From contig JBBDWZ010000286.1 in NCBI GenBank assembly GCA_040902615.1, positions 228 through 61,244 on the forward strand: a DNA stretch of 61,017 nucleotides. Reading direction: 5' to 3'. The stretch comes from Gemmatimonadota bacterium. Lineage in GTDB: Bacteria; Gemmatimonadota; Gemmatimonadetes; Longimicrobiales; RSA9. The translations under genes were made by a program, and so were the position numbers. The notes under the pieces were generated by a model that saw nothing but the letters and a program-made list of their open reading frames with translations, had not been told where the DNA came from and searched no databases. Below, in pieces: positions 18,698 to 27,205 of the stretch (position 1 is its first letter; every line of letters starts with the position of its first letter).

Positions 18698-18719
18698 GAT
18701 TAGCAAAGTAACTAATCAT
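18696..18719. promoter_or_regulatory. Candidate ArsR operator: 8-bp inverted repeat overlapping the regulator start codon
   Basis: ATGATTAG-caaagtaa-CTAATCAT at 18696-18719. The regulator's ATG lies at 18695-18697 on the minus strand. Confidence 0.4.
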
Positions 18720-18768
18720 TAAACGACGTCAACCCCGCCCGCTCGGCGCTCCACGGCCGTACCGGTAG

Positions 18769-21414
18769 TTACTGGCCGCGCGGCAAAACTACTGGCGGCT
18801 TCACCTTCGCGATTTGCCGCTCATTGCCGATCGTCACCGTGTAATCGCCGGGCGCAACCATCTGGTTTTGGGTATCGCGCAGGTTCCACACGGCGCGGCG
18901 AAGGCCGGTGCCTGCGGGCTGTTGCAGCGAGCGAACTTCATTGCCGCCGGCATCCGTGATCCGAATCGTCACCGGTGACGCCGCGCGCTGATGGTAGACG
19001 ATGACGATGCCATTCGGTTCATTGGGCGTGACCAGGTTGCGGTCGCCGAAGAGACGATAGTTGCCCCAGCCACTCTCCACCCTCCAGCCCTTCGGCTCGA
19101 TGGCAAACAAATGCAGGGGCTTGGCGAGGACCGTGTCATTCAGCTGGCGCAGTGGCGTGATGTCGGTGACGTACACGCCACGACCGTGCGTGCCGACCAC
19201 GAGATCGCTTTCACGGGGATGCACAATCGCATCGCGCACCGGCAGAATCGGCAGGTTCGCCTGAAACCGGAGCCAGCTCGATCCGCGGTCCATCGAAACG
19301 AACAACCCCCGATCGGTGCCGAGGAATAGCAGGTTCGGGTTGACCGGATCTTCGGCGATCACGTTGACGGGCGCGTTATTCGGCAGTGCCGCCGTGATCG
19401 CCACGAACGTACGGCCATAGTTATCGGTGCGGTACACGAAAGGCCGAAAGTCATCGCGATGGAAGCCGGTGATAGTGACGTACGCGGTCGCGGGCCGGTG
19501 CGCCGAGGGCACGACGCGCGTAACCCAGTAATTGTCCGGTGCGCCCGCCGCGGTCAGCGCGGCGGTAGCATCGGTCCAATGCTCGCCTTCCGTGTTGCGG
19601 TGGTGCACGCGGCCATCATCTGTACCAGCCCAAATTACACCTTGCGTGCGTGGCGATTCGGCCACGGTCGTGATCGTCGTGTACTGAATGTTGCCGCTGC
19701 CGTTCTGCTTCGTGCTGTCATTGGTCGTGAGGTCGGGGCTGATTTCCTGCCAGGTATCACCCCGGTTGGCGGAGCGCAAAACCACCTGCGTGGCGGTATA
19801 CACTACGTCAGGATTGTGCGGCGAAAGCACGATTGGGGTGGTCCAGGTCGCGCGATAACGCGGCTGACCCTGAGGCCGGCGCGGCGCAATTCGCGTCATG
19901 GTCGCGTCCTGCTGATCGACCCGCACGTGACCGCCAAACTGCAGCGTGTTGTAGGCCCAGCGGCCGTCGGGTGACACCGCCTGGTACATGCCGTCACCCG
20001 TGCCAACCGTGTACCAGTTTTCGACACCGACGTAACCGGCGAAGCCATTGATCGGCGCCTTCCACGATTCGTGGTCCTGCAGGCCGATGTAGATGTTGTA
20101 CGGGTCCTGCTGATCGACCGTGAGCGCGTAGACCTCGCCGATCGTGAGGTTGGCGAGGTGGTCGGTGGTCTGGCCGCCATCATGGGTGACGTTGACGCCG
20201 CCATCCGAACCGATCAGCAACCGCTTCGAGTCCTTCGGATCGATCCATATGGTTCGCACGTCGCCGAACATGCGACGGAACAGCGTGCGATTTCCGTACT
20301 CCAGGTCGACCCACGACTTGCCGCCGTCGTACGTGTGCGTCAGCGTCTCGGATGTGACATAGACGCGCTGATCGTTCTGCGGATCGATGCGGATCATGTT
20401 GAACGAATACGGCGCCTTACCGCCGACGTTGATCTCCGGCGGATGCATCATCCTCCAGGTCGCCCCCGCATCATCACTCCGATACACCTCACCGCGCCCG
20501 CCTGCAACTCGCACATTACCCGCATTCGGCCGCGGGTTGATGTTCTCGTAGACGGCGTACACGATGTTTGGATTCGCGCGATAGACATCAATGCCAATAC
20601 GGCCGATCTTACCTGCGGGCAGCCCATTGGTGAGACGATCCCAGGTGCTGCCGCCATTCGTGCTCTTGTAGATGCCGCTGCCCGGCCCGCCGGCCTCGAG
20701 ATGCCACGGGTAACGCACCTTGTCATAGGTCGCCGCATACAGCACATCGGGTTGATTGAATGCGATTGCCAGATCGATCACGCCGATGCGGTCATCGATA
20801 TGGAGCACCTTCTCCCAGGTATTGCCGCCATCGCGGGTCCGATAGACGCCGCGGTCAGGGGTGTCCGTGTGCAGCGGTCCCATCGAAGCCACGAATACAA
20901 CGCCAGGATTGGTCGGATGAATGAGGATGCGCGCAACGTGCTGCGTGCCAGGAAGACCCATGTGCCGCCAGGTCTTGCCCGCATCGGTCGACTTGTAGAC
21001 GCCGCGACCGGAGTACGAGTAGCGCGCAACGTACGATTCGCCGGTCCCGACCCAGACCACATTCGCATCGGAGGGTGCAACTGCGACCGCGCCGATCGAG
21101 AGGTCGCCGGTCGAGTCAAAGATCGGCTCGAAGCTGTGGCCGCCGTTGATCGTCTTCCACACACCACCATTCCGCGTGCCGACGTAGAAGGTGTACTGCT
21201 GGTCGCGCGCGGGCGTTTCCGGCACCGCGAAGTCGGTGATCCAGGCGCCGGTACGCCACGGGCCGAGATTGCGGAACTGGAAATCGTTCAGCAGCGCCGC
21301 GAATCCCTCTTGCGAGCCTGCGTCGGTGAACACGGCCGGCGCCGGCCGCGCGACCTGTGCGGCGGCGGCCTGGGCGGCAAAGGCAAAAGCCAGGCTTGCA
21401 ATTGAGCGATGCAT
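18769..21414 (-). CDS. Secreted BNR/Asp-box repeat protein (sortilin/VPS10-like glycosyl-hydrolase-type beta-propellers)
   Basis: The internal ATG at 21414 gives the signal peptide MHRSIASLAFAFAAQAAAAQ. Repeated Asp-box motifs are present: YKSTDAGKTW, YRTRDGGNTW, YKSTNGGSTW, YRSDDAGATW, YDGGKSW, SANRGDTW and SMDRGSSW. Confidence 0.85.
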   Translation of the reverse strand: MHRSIASLAFAFAAQAAAAQVARPAPAVFTDAGSQEGFAALLNDFQFRNLGPWRTGAWITDFAVPETPARDQQYTFYVGTRNGGVWKTINGGHSFEPIFDSTGDLSIGAVAVAPSDANVVWVGTGESYVARYSYSGRGVYKSTDAGKTWRHMGLPGTQHVARILIHPTNPGVVFVASMGPLHTDTPDRGVYRTRDGGNTWEKVLHIDDRIGVIDLAIAFNQPDVLYAATYDKVRYPWHLEAGGPGSGIYKSTNGGSTWDRLTNGLPAGKIGRIGIDVYRANPNIVYAVYENINPRPNAGNVRVAGGRGEVYRSDDAGATWRMMHPPEINVGGKAPYSFNMIRIDPQNDQRVYVTSETLTHTYDGGKSWVDLEYGNRTLFRRMFGDVRTIWIDPKDSKRLLIGSDGGVNVTHDGGQTTDHLANLTIGEVYALTVDQQDPYNIYIGLQDHESWKAPINGFAGYVGVENWYTVGTGDGMYQAVSPDGRWAYNTLQFGGHVRVDQQDATMTRIAPRRPQGQPRYRATWTTPIVLSPHNPDVVYTATQVVLRSANRGDTWQEISPDLTTNDSTKQNGSGNIQYTTITTVAESPRTQGVIWAGTDDGRVHHRNTEGEHWTDATAALTAAGAPDNYWVTRVVPSAHRPATAYVTITGFHRDDFRPFVYRTDNYGRTFVAITAALPNNAPVNVIAEDPVNPNLLFLGTDRGLFVSMDRGSSWLRFQANLPILPVRDAIVHPRESDLVVGTHGRGVYVTDITPLRQLNDTVLAKPLHLFAIEPKGWRVESGWGNYRLFGDRNLVTPNEPNGIVIVYHQRAASPVTIRITDAGGNEVRSLQQPAGTGLRRAVWNLRDTQNQMVAPGDYTVTIGNERQIAKVKPPVVLPRGQ

Positions 21415-21480
21415 AGGCGGTAAGAGCCTCGGGTTGGGGATCGTATCACATTTGTATGTCAGCGGAATCGTTCTGGCAGA

Positions 21481-21786
21481 CCAGCGGTGAACGGCCGGTA
21501 AGCGCTGTCGAATTCGGCTGGCGAACTGGAAGGGTCCGATCAGAATAGCAGCCAGTCCGCCAATGATGTGCAGAAGCAGCCACGGCCGATTCGGCCAGAA
21601 TCGCCCGAAGCTCCTGGGCATTTGGTCAATCAGGTAGTGAAGTGGATAACGGGCTGGAAACGTTACGGTGAGCCAGGCCAGCGACTGTATTACCAGCGGC
21701 CCGGCCAGCCGACGCACAGTGCGATGGGCCGGCGCAGGCTGAATCATGGTCGAGGCCGAGGGGAGATCCAACCGGCTACTGGTCAT
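21481..21786 (-). pseudogene. Possible N-terminal remnant of a DUF2306-type membrane protein, in frame with the downstream BNR gene
   Basis: WLLLHIIGGLAAILIGPFQFASRIRQRLPAVHRW resembles the first conserved TM/HR motif of DUF2306. No further TM segments follow, and the frame runs straight into the signal peptide of the next gene. Confidence 0.35.
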
Positions 21787-21887
21787 TGGACCGGAAAAGT
21801 ATGGCGCGGCGCCGCGTCAACGCCACCAGAGTGGATGCGCGGCGCTTCCCGCCGCATCATACTCATGAAAAATCACGGGAGCGACGC

Positions 21888-22991
21888 GTGCGAATAACCA
21901 GGATCATTGTACATCAGGTGGACCTGCCTCTGCACGAAGGCAGCTACAAATGGTCGGGCGGCAAAGGCGTCACCGTATTCGATAGCACGGTCGTGCTGGT
22001 CGAAACCAATGACGGTATTACCGGCGTGGGCGAGGTTTGCCCGCTTGGGCCCGTGTACCTGGCAGCCTACGCCAATGGCGTGCGGGCGGGGATCCGTGAG
22101 CTTGGGCCCAAGCTGATTGGCGAGAATCCGCTCGAGCTGATGAAGCTCAATGCGCGTATGGATGCAGTCCTGAAAGGACATCCGTACGTGAAATCCGCGA
22201 TCGACATGGCGTGCTGGGATATTCTCGGTAAAGCAACCGGACAGCCGGTCTGCACACTGTTGGGTGGGCGTTATGACGATGACTTCGTGCTGTACCGCGC
22301 CATCTCGCAGCAATCGCCACGCGAAATGGCGGAGAACGTTCTTGGGTATCGCGAGCAGGGGTACCGCCGCTTCCAGCTCAAGGTTGGTGGTGATCCCGAT
22401 GTCGATATCGAGCGCATACGCGCGGTGCGGGGAGCGCTCCAGCCGACCGATCGCCTGGTGGCCGACGCCAACACCGGCTGGACGCAGCACGAAGCCATGC
22501 GGGTCGTGCGCGCAGTGCGCGATGTCGATGTTTACATCGAGCAGCCGTGTCTTACCTACGAGGAGTGCCTCGCGATCAGGCGCCGCACCGACCATCCGTT
22601 CGTGCTGGACGAAAACATCGACAGCATCGATGTGCTGGTACGTGGCAAAGCCGATGCGGCGATGGACGTCGTGAACCTGAAGATCAGCAAGTTCGGCGGA
22701 CTCACGAAGATGCGGCAGGCGCGTGATCTGTGCGTATCCCTCGGCATCGCGATGACGGTGGAGGACAGCTGGGGTGGCGACATTGTGACCGCAGCTATCG
22801 CACACCTGGCCCACAGCACACCCACCGAGTTCCTGTTCACCAGCACTGACTTCAACAGCTATGTAACAAGGAGCATCGCCGATGGCGCTCCGCAGCGCGT
22901 CAACGGCCGGATGTCAGCTTCGACTGCACCCGGACTCGGAGTTACACCCAGGATGGATGTGCTGGGAGACGCGGTCTTCTCGATCGAGTGA
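21888..22991 (+). CDS. Enolase-superfamily enzyme (mandelate racemase / muconate lactonizing enzyme family)
   Basis: GTG at 21888 with GGGAG about 10 nt upstream. MR/MLE-type sequence: [13 protein letters not shown]..., [50 protein letters not shown]. Confidence 0.85.
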   Translation: MRITRIIVHQVDLPLHEGSYKWSGGKGVTVFDSTVVLVETNDGITGVGEVCPLGPVYLAAYANGVRAGIRELGPKLIGENPLELMKLNARMDAVLKGHPYVKSAIDMACWDILGKATGQPVCTLLGGRYDDDFVLYRAISQQSPREMAENVLGYREQGYRRFQLKVGGDPDVDIERIRAVRGALQPTDRLVADANTGWTQHEAMRVVRAVRDVDVYIEQPCLTYEECLAIRRRTDHPFVLDENIDSIDVLVRGKADAAMDVVNLKISKFGGLTKMRQARDLCVSLGIAMTVEDSWGGDIVTAAIAHLAHSTPTEFLFTSTDFNSYVTRSIADGAPQRVNGRMSASTAPGLGVTPRMDVLGDAVFSIE

Positions 22992-23107
22992 GGAGCGGCA
23001 GCATAACCACAGCACATGTTCGCTTCACCTGATTCGATCACTCCGCTCCGCTTCAGTCAAATCTCTGTCGAGAAATCTATGATAAAACGGTGATGTGATT
23101 GGGTTGG

Positions 23108-23278
23108 CTTGCTGCCGCTGATGAAGGCACTCGCTAGGCCGAGTTGACTGTGAGTGAGGTGCTGGTTCATGCTCGTAGCGTGGGCGCCATGTTGCTAACA
23201 GGACTTGTCGCGTCCGGCGGGTTCGGCGCAGCGGACGCTCCGCGTCCAACCGCGCCAAGCGGTGAGAACGCTGGATGA
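23108..23278 (+). pseudogene. Decayed 3'-end remnant of an ADOP permease gene
   Basis: It aligns by eye with the last ~170 nt of the intact paralogs (compare 17610-17780 and 15150-15319): ctgccgctgatgaaggcactcg...gccgagttgactgt.agtgaggtgctg...cgctccgcgtccaacc...gcggtga. The frame is broken by indels and stop codons, and there is no upstream part of the gene. Confidence 0.75.
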
Positions 23279-23343
23279 AGAGGTTTGCGTGCACTTGCCG
23301 CTTTAGCGGAGTGCCTTTTCCATGGATTGCGACGAGTTCCCGC

Positions 23344-23381
23344 TTGCGTACGAAAATGAAGTCATTATGATGTCATCATGA
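23344..23381 (+). promoter_or_regulatory. Candidate promoter and RHH operator: -35 TTGCGT, -10 TATGAT, two palindromic TCATnATGA 9-mers spaced 11 bp apart
   Basis: TTGCGT at 23344-23349, a 16-nt spacer, then TATGAT at 23366-23371. tcattatga at 23362-23370 and tcatcatga at 23373-23381; the central ATGATGTCATCAT (23367-23379) is a perfect palindrome. The RHH ATG at 23378 has no Shine-Dalgarno sequence, so the mRNA may be leaderless. Confidence 0.4.
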
Positions 23382-23590
23382 ATCGCAAGGTCAGCAACGG
23401 CCAGCCAAAGCGCCGCCCAGTGTCTGCCCGGGTGCCAGTAACCGTCCGAATCCCCGAAGAAATCATAGAGCGTATCGACCAGCACCTTGATGACCGCGAG
23501 ATACCGCTGTCCAGAAACAACTGGTTCCTAGAGGCTGCATTGGAGAAGCTGCGGCCTAGTGACGCCGGAGGATCACATGGCAAGAAGTGA
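23378..23590 (+). CDS. Ribbon-helix-helix (CopG/Arc/MetJ-type) DNA-binding protein, 70 aa
   Basis: VTVRIPEEIIERIDQHL...SRNNWFLEAALEKL fits the strand-helix-helix pattern of RHH proteins. It overlaps the next gene by 14 nt. Confidence 0.7.
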   Translation: MNRKVSNGQPKRRPVSARVPVTVRIPEEIIERIDQHLDDREIPLSRNNWFLEAALEKLRPSDAGGSHGKK

Positions 23591-24623
23591 TCTTCTAGTG
23601 TCGCTCGTAAAAGCCGGAACGGCCGGCGATAGGCGTAGCTTTCGGAGTGCGATCGAAGCGATCATTGCTGAGGAGCGCGCCAAGCATCACAACGTTCTTG
23701 CCGACACCCTGACGAGAATCATTCAAACAAACGGATCGGCTCCGCCTCACGGCCCCGTTGCGATGGCATCCGTGCATGGCGATTCGTCGCCTCGGGGCAG
23801 GGAATTCGTGGCGGAGATTGTGCCGCGGCGACGCCTTGATGACCTGATCTTACCGGCGGTTGTACGCCGAGCGGTCGACCAGTTGGTCGAAGAGCAACAG
23901 CGCGCCGACCTCCTCCGCGCACATGGGCTTGAGCCGCGGCACCGCATCCTGATCGTCGGGCCGCCGGGAACGGGGAAGACTACTCTTGCCGAGGCCATTG
24001 CCGAAAGCGCGGGCGTGCCGCTATTTGTCGTGCGCTACGAAGCGATGATCGGTAGCTATCTCGGAGAGACGGCGACGCGCCTTAAGCGTGTGTTCGACTA
24101 CGCGCGCACAACGCCATGCGTTCTATTCTTTGATGAATTCGATGCAATCGGCAAAGAGCGCGGCGACATTCACGAGACGGGCGAGATTAAGCGCGTAGTC
24201 ACATCCCTGCTGATGCAGGTCGATGACCTGCCAAGCTACACGATCATCGCGGCAGCAACGAATCATCCCGAGCTACTGGACAGAGCCTCATGGCGGCGCT
24301 TTCAGATCCGGGTTTCGTTGCCGCTTCCCGATTCACGGGCACTTATCCATTACATTCAAAGATTGACCGAATTGCACCGTGAGCCTCTCGGCCACGCGCC
24401 TGCCGCAATTGCGAAGCGCCTGGGCAGGATTAGCTACGCAGAGGCCGAGCAGTTTTGTCTCGATATCCAAAGGCGCAGCGTACTGTCAATCGGCCAGAAG
24501 CCGGTGAAAGCGATTATCTCCGAGCAGTTAGAGGTTTGGGATGCGCGCGCCCGCGCAGGAAAAGCTGGCAAGGGAGGCATGATAGATGGCGGAACGCCCT
24601 CTACTGATCCTTCCAACCGCTGA
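23577..24623 (+). CDS. Classical-clade AAA+ ATPase (IetA-like), 348 aa
   Basis: GGAGGA lies 4 nt upstream of the ATG at 23577. Walker A GPPGTGKT (23958-23981), Walker B VLFFDEFDAIG, sensor-1 IIAAATN, second region of homology LLDRASWRRF. No signal peptide or TM segment. Confidence 0.9.
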   Translation: MARSDLLVSLVKAGTAGDRRSFRSAIEAIIAEERAKHHNVLADTLTRIIQTNGSAPPHGPVAMASVHGDSSPRGREFVAEIVPRRRLDDLILPAVVRRAVDQLVEEQQRADLLRAHGLEPRHRILIVGPPGTGKTTLAEAIAESAGVPLFVVRYEAMIGSYLGETATRLKRVFDYARTTPCVLFFDEFDAIGKERGDIHETGEIKRVVTSLLMQVDDLPSYTIIAAATNHPELLDRASWRRFQIRVSLPLPDSRALIHYIQRLTELHREPLGHAPAAIAKRLGRISYAEAEQFCLDIQRRSVLSIGQKPVKAIISEQLEVWDARARAGKAGKGGMIDGGTPSTDPSNR

Positions 24624-27180
24624 GACGATCGGTCCGCCGCCGTTGCATGGCGGAGGCTCCAAGCCAATTGTACCGCCGCGCGCAACCCAAGCAAATCGCA
24701 TCGCGCCGTCCCTCGCGAGGCTGAAAGAGGCGCTCAACCGCGGGCCTGAGCATGTCCTCGAACTGCGCGACGATCCCACCGCACTCGCGCCGGACCGCGT
24801 TATCGTCTTCGAGATCGCCGGCTCCGTTGCGGACTTCGCGCGCGCGGCGTCACGCGTACCTGGTCTCGAGCTCATGGTCGAGTATGAGACGGAGAATCCG
24901 CCGGACGATTTTTTTGCCGAGAAGGACACGCGCAAAGGCCGCGAAGGCGAACGCCGCGACGACAAGCTCGTCGACGGACGCCTCTATCTCGCGATGCCTG
25001 ACATCACCGCGCTCGGCGAATTCATCCGCCTTTGGGATCGTTGGGTGGCAGGGCGGGAGTTCGACCAAGGTTTCGCTCCCTTCAAGCATCTCTTCGCGCA
25101 ATTGCGTGAGGTGCGGCCTTGGGGTCCACGGGACCGCATCCCGGAAGAAACGATTGCCTACTGGCAGCAAGAAGCGCGTGACAATCCCGATCGGCCAGTA
25201 AGAACCGAAGTTGAGCTTTGGTTCCGGCGTACAGCTGAGCGCCGCGAACAAGCTTCCCGCGACTTCCGGACAATCGTCGCGGGGGCCGGTGGTGCAATGA
25301 TTCACGAAGCCATGATTCCGGAAATCGCCTATCACGGCGCGCTGATCGACATTCCCGCAGCGGCAATTCCGGGGCTTGTCGCCCGCCAAAACGTTGCCCT
25401 GGCCCTTGCCGACGATGTGATGTTCTTGCGGCCGCAGACCGTTCTGGCCGCATTGCCCGGGTCGGCCGATTCTGATGATGGTCCGCCTTCACAGGATCAG
25501 CCTCCAGCCGTAGGTCAGCCAATTGTGGCGCTGCTAGACGGCGTGCCGCTCCAGGGACATGAACGGTTAGCGGGGAGGCTGGCGCTCGATGACCCTGACG
25601 ATCTGCAAGCTCGTGCGCTTGTAAACCGCCGCTTCCATGGCACTGCCATGGCCTCGTTGATTCTTCACGGCGACCTAAATGCACCTGAGGCTCCGCTTGC
25701 CCGACCGGTCTATGTGCGACCATTGATGATTGCGCCGGCAGATCTCAGCGAGCACACCCCCGGAGATCGGCTGCTTGTCGACACACTCTACAACGCCATC
25801 CTCCGCATCAAGGGTACACCAACGCAGACGGGGGTGGCGCCGAATGTGTTTCTTGTAAATCTATCCCTCGGTGACAGCCGGCGGCCGTTCGCGAATCTAG
25901 TCAGTCCGCTGGCACGTCTCATCGACTATCTCGCGGCCAAAGACAACATTTTGTTCCTTGTCAGTGCCGGCAACATCAGCGAGCAGTTAATGCTGCCGGA
26001 TTTCAACCAGTGGGGCGATTTCGAGGCGGCGACTCCCGAAGCGCGGGAACGCGCCGTGCTGATGGCTATGTTCACCGCTAAGCATGAACGGTCGCTCCTT
26101 TCGCCGGCTGAGGCGGTCAACGCACTGACAATCGGCGCGCAGCATGCCGATAATGTTGCGAACCGCGTCGGCACCAATATGACGGTGGACCCATTTGACG
26201 ATTCGACGTTACCCAATGCGAGCTGCGCGTTAGGCCTTGGATACCGACGGGCGGTCAAGCCTGATCTGTTTCTGCCAGGCGGACGAGAGCATGTGCGAAT
26301 GGCCGCTGGCGGTGGGGGCGTACGCCTGAGATTCGGGCCGCCGCAGCGCTTATTTGGCCTCGGTGCGGCGGCCCCTGATTCGGCAAACATGGGGCGCTTA
26401 AACCAGACTTCATACGCGGACGGGACGAGCGCTGCAACCGCGCTCGCGACTCGTGCGGCGCACAGGATCTTCGATTCAATGATGGACCGGGATGGCGGCT
26501 CCTTACTCGCCGATGTTCCGCCGGACTATTACGCTGTTGTCATCAAATGCCTTCTCGTTCACAGCGCTCGCTGGAACGAGAAAGGAGAGTTCATCAAGGA
26601 ACTTTGCGGTCCGTCCGATCCGAGGCAGCACGTCGAACGCGCCGCGAACGCAACGCGTTTTCTCGGGTTCGGTGTTCCAGACATCTCGCACATGCTTGAT
26701 TGCGCAGAGAACCAAGCGACCCTTGTCGGTTTCGGCACACTGCAACCCGATAACGCACACAATTATCGGATTCCACTGCCGCCCTCGCTTGAGGGCGTCA
26801 CCGATCCACGTCAACTCGCCATCACAGTAGCGTGGTTCACGCCTGTGCGGGCTGGCCATCAGAGCTATCGCACGGTCAAGCTCGTCGCTGCGCCCGACCA
26901 ACCGAAGGAAGCTGTCGGTGTCGTGCGGTTCAGCGACCAGCCTGCAAGTCCTTCTGTAAGGAAAGGCACCGTATTCCACGAAAGGTACTTCGGCCAATGG
27001 GCTGTACCGTTCATCGACGACGGTCACCTCTCCGTGCGGGTCTTGTGCAAGGACGACGCAGGCAACAACGGGAATGCGGTTCGTTACGCTATCGCCGTGA
27101 CCATAGAAGTGGGGACGCCTTTGCGCATCTACGAGGAAGTCAGCGAGCGGCTGCGGGTGCGGCCAAGGGCTCCGGCATGA
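24586..27180 (+). CDS. Cytoplasmic S8-family subtilase-like serine protease (IetS-like), 864 aa, with unassigned N- and C-terminal regions
   Basis: The S8 catalytic residues occur in the correct order: D318 in VALLDGV (25537-25539), H351 in FHGTAMAS (25636-25638), N463 in VSAGN (25972-25974), S615 in ADGTSAATA (26428-26430). No signal peptide. It overlaps the ATPase gene by 38 nt. Confidence 0.9.
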   Translation: MAERPLLILPTAETIGPPPLHGGGSKPIVPPRATQANRIAPSLARLKEALNRGPEHVLELRDDPTALAPDRVIVFEIAGSVADFARAASRVPGLELMVEYETENPPDDFFAEKDTRKGREGERRDDKLVDGRLYLAMPDITALGEFIRLWDRWVAGREFDQGFAPFKHLFAQLREVRPWGPRDRIPEETIAYWQQEARDNPDRPVRTEVELWFRRTAERREQASRDFRTIVAGAGGAMIHEAMIPEIAYHGALIDIPAAAIPGLVARQNVALALADDVMFLRPQTVLAALPGSADSDDGPPSQDQPPAVGQPIVALLDGVPLQGHERLAGRLALDDPDDLQARALVNRRFHGTAMASLILHGDLNAPEAPLARPVYVRPLMIAPADLSEHTPGDRLLVDTLYNAILRIKGTPTQTGVAPNVFLVNLSLGDSRRPFANLVSPLARLIDYLAAKDNILFLVSAGNISEQLMLPDFNQWGDFEAATPEARERAVLMAMFTAKHERSLLSPAEAVNALTIGAQHADNVANRVGTNMTVDPFDDSTLPNASCALGLGYRRAVKPDLFLPGGREHVRMAAGGGGVRLRFGPPQRLFGLGAAAPDSANMGRLNQTSYADGTSAATALATRAAHRIFDSMMDRDGGSLLADVPPDYYAVVIKCLLVHSARWNEKGEFIKELCGPSDPRQHVERAANATRFLGFGVPDISHMLDCAENQATLVGFGTLQPDNAHNYRIPLPPSLEGVTDPRQLAITVAWFTPVRAGHQSYRTVKLVAAPDQPKEAVGVVRFSDQPASPSVRKGTVFHERYFGQWAVPFIDDGHLSVRVLCKDDAGNNGNAVRYAIAVTIEVGTPLRIYEEVSERLRVRPRAPA

Positions 27181-27205
27181 ACACGGCGTCTGATTTCGAG
27201 AGGGT

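Larger units (their letters stand above)
23279..27205. mobile_element. Putative horizontally acquired ~3.9-kb cassette (no recombinase seen) between two gene remnants
   Basis: It has visibly lower GC and more A/T-ending codons than the flanks. It is bounded by the permease remnant (23108-23278) and the amidohydrolase remnant (27206-27336). It contains only the RHH, AAA+ and S8 genes. Confidence 0.55.

Noticed and set aside
20071-21405. 444-aa plus-strand ORF inside the BNR gene. The same applies to 21873-22814 opposite the enolase-superfamily gene, 42658-43983 opposite the giant gene, 27803-28693 opposite the hydrolase, and 33821-35464 opposite the permease.
   Set aside because: All are antisense shadows of genes with strong family motifs. 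None has a ribosome-binding site or a recognisable domain.
23303-23583. Two small minus-strand ORFs (23303-23485 and 23365-23583) opposite the RHH gene, considered as a possible antitoxin/toxin partner
   Set aside because: They have no ribosome-binding site, no recognisable fold, and lie fully antisense to a gene with a good RHH pattern. I also considered reading the RHH as a classical type II antitoxin, but there is no small toxin ORF next to it. The idea is left open only as a regulatory role.
23279-27205. Search for direct repeats, inverted repeats, or an integrase/transposase delimiting the RHH/AAA/S8 cassette
   Set aside because: I found no convincing flanking repeat. A ttagcgg motif at 23303-23309 only weakly resembles the repeat core of the other insertion. 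No recombinase gene is present, so the mechanism of acquisition stays unknown.
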